Positions 51,551-62,045 of a stretch of DNA of 64,000 nt are shown here, piece by piece. Location of the stretch: assembly GCF_006345805.1 (NCBI RefSeq), contig NC_043004.1, positions 75,888,001 through 75,952,000 of the forward strand, in the 5' to 3' direction. Under the pieces are notes generated by a model. It had not been told where the DNA came from, searched no databases, and was given only the letters and a program-made list of their open reading frames with translations. The number at the start of each line of letters is the position of its first letter. Position 1 is the stretch's first letter. The position numbers were made by a program, and so were the translations under genes. This stretch comes from Octopus sinensis (Eukaryota).

Positions 51551-51904
51551 CAAGAGTTACGGAATGGAATAAGAAAGATCTGGGCTACATATGTTTCATA
51601 GTGAGCAGAACCTCAGAAATGGTAAGATATAAGTGAAGTGTCTACTGCCAGCTACTCTTCAGGCCAATGACATTTTGATTAGAATAAAGGTTACATTGCC
51701 ACAAGGAGGTACATGTTGACACAAGGAAGATTCATCAACATGTACCTCCTTATGACAAAGGTGACATTTAATCTAATCTAGATGTCCTTGACCTGAAGAG
51801 TAGCCAGCAGTATACACCTCACGTAGATCTTATCATTTTTGAGGTTCCACTCGCTATGAAACAAATGTAGCCTGGATCTTTCATATTCCATTCCATAACT
51901 CTTG
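51551..51904. mobile_element. Foldback MITE: ~170-bp arms, 15-nt loop, TA flanks
   Basis: TA|CAAGAGTTA...TAACTCTTG|TA; the innermost 17 bp pair perfectly around loop 51720-51734. Confidence 0.85.
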
Positions 51905-51909
51905 TATAT

Positions 51910-52335
51910 ATGTACTCTTACTCTTTTAACTCTTTTACTTGTTTCAGTCATTTGACTGTGGCCATGCTGGAGCACCGCCTTTAGTTGAGCAAATCGACCT
52001 CAGGCCTTATTCTTTGGAAGCCTAGTACTTATTCTATCGGTCTCTTTTTGCCGAACCGCTAAATTACGGGGACATAAACACACCAGCATCAGTTGTCAAG
52101 CGGCGTTGGGAGGGGACAAATATAGACATATAAACATACACTCACACATACATATATAAGCATATATACGACGGGCTTCTTTCAGTTTCCGTCTACTAAA
52201 TCCACTCACAAGGCTTTGGTCGGCCCAAGGCTATAGTAGAAGACACTCGCCCAAGGTGCCACGCAGTGGGACTGAACCCGGAACTATGTGGTTCGTAAGC
52301 AAGCTATTTACCACACAGCTACTCCTGTGCCTATA
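51910..52335 (-). mobile_element. Full-length SINE family A
   Basis: Consensus match. Confidence 0.9.
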
Positions 52336-52522
52336 TTTTTTATGTTTTACTTGTTTCAGTCATTTTTTTGTTGAATAAACCAACACCAGTACTTTTTTTA
52401 TAAGCCTGGTATTTATTCTATCAGTCTCTTTTGCTGAATTGCTAAGTTACAGGTATGTAAACACATCTTTACCAGTTGTCAAGTGGTGAGGGGAGGACAA
52501 ACACAGACACAACGACACACAG

Positions 52523-52569
<47 letters not shown>

Positions 52570-52769
52570 TATGGTGGCACGTAAAATCACCCACTACATT
52601 CTCGGAGTGGTTGGCATTAGGAAGGCTCATCCAGCTGTAGAAACTCTGCCAGATCAAGATTGGAGCCTGGTGCAGCCATCTGGTTCACCAGCCCTCAGTC
52701 AAATCGTCCAGCCCATGCTAGCATGGAAAGCAGACGTTAAACAATGATGATGATGATGATATATATATG

Positions 52770-53416
52770 TAATAACAAAGGGTGAAATTAATTAATTAAG
52801 AAGTAATCAATAATTTCACCAAGTAGAATTCGGCATGAAAAAAGACCATTTCATGGTAAGTTTAAGTAATACTATATAATTAGGGTTCAGCAACGATTTG
52901 CTTCACCGCACACCGAAGTTTAGAAATAGCAGTCAAAAAATCTTAGCTATTCCTTCTACTTTAAAAGGAGTTCCCAGAAAAACCAAAGCACCCGAAAACA
53001 AACCACGCAGGCCAAAGGGAAAAAAATGACGAAAATCATTCTATATTAGGTTACCTACGGACGCGCGTTTCAGAATTAAGTCAGTATAAAGCATAAATAA
53101 TAAATAATTATACCTTATCCGACTATTTTCGTCTCTTTAGCGTAGGATTCCTCAACTATAAATAATTGTATCTCAATTATTAATAATTGCATATTAAATT
53201 TGAAGGCACTGGAAACCATCACTTCATCTAACAGTATCAGAGAGATCATATTCTGTGCTAGTGCTGCCAAATTCAAAAAAATGAATGAGAGTAAGGCTTT
53301 GGTTTTTCTGGGAACTCCCTTTAAAGTAGAAGGAATAGCTAAGATTTTTTTACTGCTATTTCTAAACTTTGGTGTGTGGTGAAGCAAATCATTGCTGAAC
53401 CTTAATTATATAGTAT
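52770..53416. mobile_element. Penelope-like element with 121-bp inverted repeats (52869-52989 / 53296-53416) enclosing a hammerhead
   Basis: Arms are reverse complements; TA-rich flanks. Confidence 0.65.
53054..53146 (-). ncRNA. Type I hammerhead relic with long stem II (G5 to A)
   Basis: CCTACG CTAAAGA [~62 nt, includes AGTCG/TGACT and GTATAA/TTATAC pairs] GAAA C GCGC G TC CGTAGG: perfect 6-bp stem I, GUC site. Confidence 0.65.
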
Positions 53417-53532
53417 ATATTTATATATATATATAGGGAGAGTTCATGAAAAAAACAAACAAAAGACGAAGACAGGTGGTGTACAAAACAAACAGATGTA
53501 TATTAGTATAACACTCAGGAAGAGAAAAAGTC

Positions 53533-53566
53533 TTTTATATTTTGAGCCTACGCTCTTCTACAGAAA
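53533..53566 (-). ncRNA. Hammerhead-like relic in a Penelope-like fragment (53432-53612)
   Basis: TTT CTGTAGA A GAGC GTAG GCTC AAAA TAT A AAA. Confidence 0.45.
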
Positions 53567-54246
53567 GGGACACAGAAAAAAACAAGGAGTGAAAAAAATG
53601 TGTGTAGTGGCTATATATATATATATATTATATACATACTATGGGCTTCTTTCAGTTTCCATCTACCAAATCCACTCACAAAAGCTTGGTAAACCCGGGG
53701 CTATAGTAGAAGATACTTGCCCAAAATGTCTTACAGAGGGATTGAACCCAGAATCATGTTGTTGGGAAGCAAGCTTCTTACCACACAGTCACATGGTTGT
53801 GAAACAGCTAAAGTCAACTTGCTGCTGGAAATTATACCTCTCACCTGGTTACTTGGTTACATCTTTAACAATCTACCATCATTGCTGACACAGATACCTC
53901 TCATCTGAGACATACACGAAATGGTTCACTTGATATGAATATTTTTTGTTAACGGTTGATAAATATTTTTTGTGTAAGGACTTGACACAGATTTTTGTTC
54001 TATCAACCAACAATATATTTTGTCATTACAAGTGAAATAAAAAATAGTTTTGATTGGGGACACTGCATTCAACTCACCAGGTATTTATGCCATTGGAAAA
54101 TTAATTAAAACAAAAGTGGTAGATTAGTAGACTGAGCTGAGCATTGAACATGGCAATTACTTAATTACAGTGGATTAACCATTGTCACCTCAGAAATGGT
54201 AAATGGTCTACATCACAAAAGAAATCACTTTAAACTTGCTAAAACA

Positions 54247-54594
54247 CAGTATTTGATGGCCTATAAGATGCACCAGTGCATAGGACGCACCCGGGCCTAG
54301 GGTGTAAAATAAATTACCACTAAAATAAAGTTTTAATACTTCCACTTACCTGTATAACTTTATGTTATTGCCGGTAATAATAAGCAATCTATTGCATCTA
54401 CATTCGATATAAACATACCTGTAGGCACAGGAGTGGCTGTGTGGTAAGTAGCTTGTTTACCAACTGCATGGTTCCGGGTTCAGTCCCACTGCGCGGCATC
54501 TTGGGCAAGTGTCTTCTGCTATAGCCCTGGGCCGACCAATGCCTTGTGAGTGGATTTGGTAGACGGAAACTGAAAGAAGCCTGTCGTATATATG

Positions 54595-54627
<33 letters not shown>

Positions 54628-54985
54628 TTGTGTGTCTGTGTATGTCCCCCTAGCATTGCTTGACAACCGATGCTGGTGTGTTTATGTCCCTGTTACTTAG
54701 CAGTTCGGCAAAAGAGACCGATAGAATAAGTACTGGGCTTACAAAAGAATAAGTCCCGGGGTCGAGTTGCTCTATTAAAGGCGGTGCTCCAGCATGGCCA
54801 CAGTCAAATGACTGAAACAAGTAAAAGAAAAAAGAAAATAGATGGCAACAAACGTTTTGTAAACATACCGTTTTGAGTTAGTTTTGAGCCTACATTGAGT
54901 GCTTTGGATACAGGGGGATTTTTAAAGCCATTTTTAGGTAAAAAAAAAAAAAAAAAAGGTGCACCTTATAGGCCATCAAATACGG
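54247..54985. mobile_element. Tc2/pogo-like MITE interrupted by a SINE A (54423-54835)
   Basis: CAGTATTTGATGGCCTATAAGATGCACC ... GGTGCACCTTATAGGCCATCAAATACGG|TA. Confidence 0.8.
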
Positions 54986-55119
54986 TAATAATCCAAGTGG
55001 TTTATAAGATTGGAAATATAATTTCAAAGTGTTCATGGTATCATAATGAGGATCTGATCAGAGACTTTGCAATTAATAAGATAAGAGAAAACCTTTCAAA
55101 TATAAATGAAGTGGAATTA

Positions 55120-55632
55120 CCGTAAATCCTCGAGTAGAGTCTGCCCTAGAGTATAATACGCAGGGGATTTTTAGGGGGCTGTACTTCTGAAAAACCTAAA
55201 CCTTGTGTATAATACGCACCCCTTCTCTAACTTGAGTCAAGGAGGTCAATATAAGGTCCTTGGTTTGTAAAAATGTATACGGTAACATTCTTTATTATTA
55301 TTGTATATATAGCATAATGCAAACGTGTAGCATTTTTGAGCATTTTGTTTGCAGAAAATAAAGAAATAACAGTAATAATGTTTAATAAATGTTGCTTACT
55401 GCAAGTTTTGGATGATTCTTTTATGACTTCATTGCTTTTAGGCTTAGCTTAAAGTATTTTCGCACCCGACATCACAAAATGCGTCTGAATAAACATTGCC
55501 GGAGAGAAAATAGAGACTCGGACATTGCTTAGAAAATATTTTTCATTTTTAACCTCGTATATAGTACGCTCTAAGGATTTTGACCTTTAAATTTTGGGGA
55601 AAAAAATGCAGATTATACATGAGGATTTACAG
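55120..55632. mobile_element. Tc2/pogo-like MITE, TA TSD
   Basis: TA|CCGTAAATCCTCGAGTAGAGTC ... GATTATACATGAGGATTTACAG|TA; internal TATAATACGCA repeats. Confidence 0.8.
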
Positions 55633-56145
55633 TATACAAAAGTAAACATTATTTTCCATCTTTCTGTTAATTTTGTTTCATGTTGAAACATAAAAATTTA
55701 TTTTTATGGTTTATTATTGTTCATATTTCGAATTACACATATATGGAGGACACTAAAATTTTTTATATGCTAAGGGCCTCTATGAGTTTTAATCTGATTC
55801 TGGATGAAGGTATGTGATACGGTGATTAGAATCATGATTATCATCAACTCCTGGATGCTACTGCCTCAAGTCCTAAGACTCATAGGGCTTGTTACCCAAC
55901 TTCCATGGCATAAAAGTGCCCCAATTCACAAACGTTCCCCCTGGATGAGGTACAGGTCTGTTGTAGGTCTGTTACCTATTTACGGATGAGTAGGTCTGAG
56001 GAATGTGAAGTGAAGTGTTTTGCTCAAGAACACAATGCACCACTCAACCAGGGAAAGGAAATTACGATCTTGTATTCATGAGTGCAACACCCTAACCACA
56101 AGGTCATGTGCCTTCATAGAGGTTAGCATCTTAGGTTCATAGATG

Positions 56146-56226
<81 letters not shown>

Positions 56227-56490
56227 GGAGAGAGAGAGATATTGTGTGAAGTATATTGGTAGAAAATATGTGGGAACAATATTGCTTTGTGGGTCTCACT
56301 TCTGTAGGGAGGGATTCTGCTGTTTCTTATTCATCCATCTTATGTGAAACAAAGGGTGAGTGAACAAGAAAGGCCTGATACAGGTTTACCAGGATATGTT
56401 TCAAACCTCCTCCCTCACCACATCTCATGTTCTTCTGACCTCAAATCTTGTTTCTTAAACAATAAAAACAAATATGAAGATACATAAGAT

Positions 56491-57420
56491 CAGTAGTTTT
56501 TCAACTGGGGTTCATATAACCTTTAGGGGTCCCTATAAGATTTGGTCATTGAAATTTATTTGCAATAATTTGGTTGTACTTCTACAATGCACAAAATATA
56601 TTAATGATTCTTTATACAATTCCTAACAATCCTTTCTACTATAGGCACAAGGCTTGAAATTTTGGGGGAGGGGACTAGTTGATTACATCGACCCCAGTAC
56701 ATAGCTGGTACTTAATTAATTGGCCCTGAAAGGATGGAAGTCAAAGTCGACCTCGGTGGAATTAGAACTCAAATCATAGTGACAAGTGAAATCCGCTAAA
56801 CATTTTGCCTGGTGTGCTAACAATTTTGCCAGCACGCTGCCTTAATTATACGATTCCTAATAATATTAGGAATAGGTGCTGGAGTGGCTGTGTGGTAAGT
56901 AGCTTGCTTACCAGCCACATGGTTCCGGGTTCAGTCCCACTGCGTGGCACCTTAGTCAGATGTCTTCTACTATAGCCTTAGGCTGACCAAAGCCTTTTGA
57001 GTGGATTTGGTAGATGGAAACTGAAAAGAAATCCGTCATATATGTGTGTGTGTGTATGTGTGTGTGTGTGTATGTGTGTGTGTGTCTTTGTCCCCCAACA
57101 TCGCTTGACAACTGATGCTGGTGTGTTTACGTCCCCGTCACTTAGCAGTTCAGCAGGAGAGATCGATGAAATAAGTACTAGGCTTACAAAGAATAAGTCT
57201 TGGGGTCAATTTGCTTGACTAAAGGCGGTGCTCCAGCATGGCTGCAGTCAACTGACTGAAACAAATAAATAAATAAAAATAAATAAAATAATTAGATAAA
57301 AAATATTTAATCATAAAAATATAAAGGGATTTTTGTAAAACATTGAATAGCTATAAGGGTCCCACAGAGTGAAATAGGAATCAAAGAGGTCCACAGCAAA
57401 AAAATGGTTGAGAACCCCTG
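56491..57420. mobile_element. hAT-like MITE split by nested SINE B (56630-56845) and SINE A (56870-57270)
   Basis: CAGTAGTTTTTCAACTGGGG ... GGTTGAGAACCCCTG. Confidence 0.65.
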
Positions 57421-58029
57421 TACTAGATAATGCAGTCCTAGATCTACTGTGCCTGAAAAAAAAATCCCCAAAATGAATTCGAGATGGCAGCAGTTAGACT
57501 GTGTTTCATAACCACTCTGACATTAATCATATTAAGGGTGGGGTCTGCCTTGTGATGCTTTGGTGAGGGGCAGCACTTTTGTGTCTGCAGTATAAGGCTG
57601 TATAGGGCTGGGATTCTGGGACAGGGGGTTACAAACTCAACAACAGCCCCAAGAGGTACACACTCTGGCCATGCTGTTGCTATCAGATGGATCTGGGCCA
57701 AGACCTATTGTTAATCTTCTAACTGCCCCTTTACAAATTTTCTAGGTTTCTTTTACATTGTCTTAGCATTTATTTATTTGTTTTTGTACCATTTTACATT
57801 CCATTTTTTTTTTATTGCAAGCAACCAAAGAGGAATGTTCCGGCACTTTTGTTCATTTTATTGTTCTTCTTGTTGTCACAGTTCTTGTTTTTTTGTCATC
57901 CACAATGTTCATGACTTTGTTGTTTTTTGAAGAATTTTTTCTCTCTTTTTTTCTTCTGTTTTTGTGATGTCATGCAATTTTGGTTATGTTTTTATGAGAA
58001 TTATAAAAGGAAGTACCACCGTCATCATA

Positions 58030-58800
<771 letters not shown>

Positions 58801-58817
58801 TGGTGGTGGTGGTGGTG

Positions 58818-58859
<42 letters not shown>

Positions 58860-58879
58860 ATAGTAGTAGTATTCAGGTG

Positions 58880-59895
58880 GAAGGTTCCAAACTGGCAGAA
58901 CTGTTAACTCATTGGAAAAAAATGCTTTGTGACATTTCTTCCAACTTTACTTTCTGAATTCAAATCCTGTTCAGGTTGACTTTGCCTTTCATCCTTTAAG
59001 GGTCGACAAAATAAGGACCTGTTGAGTACCAGGGGGTCAATGTAATCAAGACACCCCCTTTCACTCAAATTTCAGGCCTTATTAAGCAAGATGGCAAGTT
59101 GGCAGAGCCATTAGCATGCTGGGTAAAATGCTTAGTGGCATTTTCTGTGCTTTATGTTCTGAGTTCAAATTCTGCCATGGTTGTCTTTGCATTTCATCCT
59201 TGGCGGAGGGGGGGGTCAATAAAATAAGTACCAGTTATGCACTGGGGTCAATGTAATCAATTAGCCCCCACCACTCCCCCAAAATTTCAGTCCTTGTGCT
59301 TATTGTATTTTCCTTTGTTCTTTTACTTGTTGCAGTTGTTTGACTGCGGCCATACTGGAGCACCGCCTTCAGTCAAACAAATCAACCCCAGGACTTATTC
59401 TTTGTAAGCCTAGTACTTATTTTATCAGTCTCTTTTGCTGAACAGCTAAGTCCTGGTGACAGAAACACACCAACATCAAGCAATGGTGGGGGGTGTTTTG
59501 GTCAGCCAGAGGCTATAGTAGAAGACACTTGCCCAAGGTGCCACGCAGTGGGACTGAACTCAGAACCATGTGGTGGGGAAGCACCTATGGAAAAGATTTT
59601 TATCTTTTTTGCTGTTTTGAACAGTTAAGTGCTCCCTAATGTGACTGTAAAGTAATTTTACTGTGAGCTGGCAGAAACGTTAGCACGCTAGGCAAAATGC
59701 TAAGCAGTATTTCGTCTGCTGCTACATTATGAGTTCAAATTCCACCGAGGTCAACTTTGCCTTTCATCCTTTTGGGGTCAATCAAATAAGCACCAGTTAT
59801 ACACTGGGGTCGATATAATCGACTTGATCCATTTGTCTGTTCTTGTTTGTCACCTCTGTGTGTAGCCCGTTGTGGGCAGTAAAGAAATAAGAAAT
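58880..59895. mobile_element. Cluster of SINE B (+) and SINE A (-) copies
   Basis: SINE B at ~58880-59090, 59090-59310 and 59660-59895; SINE A at ~59320-59590. Confidence 0.8.
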
Positions 59896-60884
59896 AAAGT
59901 AATTTTGCTGTCTTCTTTTGTTACAGCTGCAAACACTTGTTATTTAAGATTAAAATTTGATGCAAATGTGTCAAAATTAAAAATATTCTCAAGGTTTTCA
60001 TGACACACAAAGAAGGAGGTCAGTAAATAAGCAAGGCAGAACATATGTCATAGCCTAGTTGCAAAGAAAACAGCAGCTAACATTGAAGACAACATGAATA
60101 AGCAGAAAAGAATATTCTGAAATGGAAGTTGTAAAAAATTATTTTTAAATATAGAAACAGCCAAGTTAAGAGTTATTGTAGTAAGCACCAACAGAAGATA
60201 AGAGTGTGTGGCCTAATTTAACCTAACAAATCATGCATTAGGCTCATGATTATAATGTGCAGTATGTTGTGTTCTTGGGCAAGACACTTCATTTCATATT
60301 GTTCTAGTACATTCAATGAAAGTACAGTAGAATCTCAGTTTATGAATGCCTCACATCATGAAGAAATCGGTTTGTGAAGAATTTTTCAGACATAAAATAT
60401 CTAGGGTTATGAATGTGCAACAAATGGCAACAAGCTGGGAAGCATCACCAGGAGGTCATCGGTTGATGTCTAGCTTTCACTCAGTGCACATTGCTGCTCG
60501 AATTTGCCATGCCTTGTTTTGAATTTCCTATGGGAAAAAAATTACTTTGGTTTACAAATATTTTGGGTGGCAAATGGCTTTCAGAATTGAATTAAAGGGT
60601 TTCACTGCAAATGTCAGTCCAGTGCTGGTGTAGGCCCCACTCTCCATCCAGTTATCAAATCTGCAATGTTCGACTGAGTTAAAAGTGGGAAGGATGAGAG
60701 GATGTAAATATTGGTTGACAATATTTACCGTGAAAAGATATTAACAATATCATGGTAAATGCTACCGAGTCTTACAACAGTTTGTAGTTTTTTACCAACA
60801 AAACAGAACAAAATAAAAGCTAAATAACTACAGTGGAGTGTTTCTGTTAACGAACATAATTTATTCTGTTCGTTAACCAAGTTG

Positions 60885-61086
60885 CTTACTCTTTTACTCT
60901 TTTACTTGTTTCAGTCATTTGACTGCGGCCATGCTGGAGCACCGCCTTTAATCGAACAACTCGACCCCGGGACTTATTCTTTGTAAGCCCAGTACTTATT
61001 CTATCGGTCTCTTTTGCCGAACGGGGACATAAACACACCAGCATCGGTTGTCAAGCAATGCTAGGGGGACATACACAGACACACAA

Positions 61087-61119
<33 letters not shown>

Positions 61120-61287
61120 CATATATACGACAGGCTTCTTTCAGTTTCCGTCTACCAAATCCACTCACAAGGCATTGGTCGGCCCAGGGCTATAGCAGAA
61201 GACACTTGCCCAAGATGCCGCGCAGTGGGACTGAACCCGGAACCATGTGGTTGGTTAGCAAGCTACTTACCACACAGCCACTCCTGC
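60885..61287 (-). mobile_element. Full-length SINE family A
   Basis: Consensus match. Confidence 0.9.
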
Positions 61288-61325
61288 TTGTTACATGAGT
61301 AACCAAAATATATGAACATAAGAGT

Positions 61326-61453
61326 AATCTACATTATTTCCATTATTTACATTCAACGGAGATTTGTCCTCATCCTGTTTGTTGTTAACACAATGTTTCG
61401 GCTGATATAGCCTCCAGTTTTCATCAGGTGCCTTGGGGAAATTTCGAACCTGG
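61326..61453 (-). mobile_element. tRNA/hammerhead SINE, 5'-truncated inverted copy C
   Basis: Minus strand 61432-61387: GGCAC CTGATGA A AACTG GAGGCTATAT CAGCC GAAA CATT GTGTT, then the same 3' body as copies A and B. Confidence 0.8.
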
Positions 61454-61494
61454 TACTTATTTCATTGACCCCCACACCCCAAAAAAGGATGAAA

Positions 61495-61596
61495 GGCATA
61501 TGGTGTAGTGGTTAAGAGCGCAGGCTACTAACCCCAAGATTCTGAGTTCGATTCCAAGCAGTGACCTGAATAATAATAATAACAATAATAATAATG

Positions 61597-61630
<34 letters not shown>

Positions 61631-61840
61631 CAACAATAACAACAACAACATTGAAAAATACCTTAGGAACGAGGACCCAGGTTCGATATTTTCCCAAAGC
61701 ACCTGATGAAGACTGGAGGGTATATCAGCCAAAATGCTGTGTTGACAACAAACAAGATGAGGACAAATATCTATCAAATGTAAATAATATAAATAATGTA
61801 AATAATGTACATAATTCCTCATCTCTTAAATATAGAACTG
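61495..61840 (+). mobile_element. tRNA/hammerhead SINE, full-length copy B
   Basis: A box 61501-61511, B box 61546-61555, (AAT)n, AGCAC CTGATGA A GACTG GAGGGTATAT CAGCC AAAA TGCT GTGTT at ~61697-61742, ends CTTAAATATAGAACT. Confidence 0.85.
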
Positions 61841-61924
61841 TATAAGAGTAACCTGTTTGAAGCTTCATAAAACTCCACATAAAGGCATTAAATGATGTTT
61901 TAATAGCCCATCCATTAATAACAA

Positions 61925-62045
61925 ATTTGTTGGTCTGTTGTCGATGATGACCGAGGACATCGGATGGGGCGGGGCACAGTGTGTCTAGCTATGTCCAATC
62001 AGTCTGATGCATGCTCAGAAGGCTCTGCTGCAGCTCAGGCAGTGA
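61925..62045 (-). mobile_element. 3' end of a BovB-like RTE LINE (C-terminal C2H2 finger and 3' UTR)
   Basis: Minus frame ..PADCHCLSCSRAF*ACIRLIGHS*TH.. (CxxC...HxxxH), then GTCATCATCGACAAC..ACCAACAA. Confidence 0.75.

Noticed and set aside
54340-54425. Strong minus-strand donors CAG|GTAAGT (~54349) and AG|GTATGT (~54419)
   Set aside because: They lie inside a Tc2-like MITE and at a SINE junction, with no supported upstream exon.
59927-60520. Strong acceptor at 59926 and a 59-codon ORF near 60346
   Set aside because: All frames close before the good donor, and the ORF has no recognisable homology; it could be UTR or lncRNA, but this is unsupported.
61964-62002. Perfect GC box (GGGGCGGGGC) and CCAATCAG, suggesting a promoter
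   Set aside because: Both fall in the antisense of the RTE C-terminus (the IRLIGH and APPHP codons), so they are most likely coincidental.
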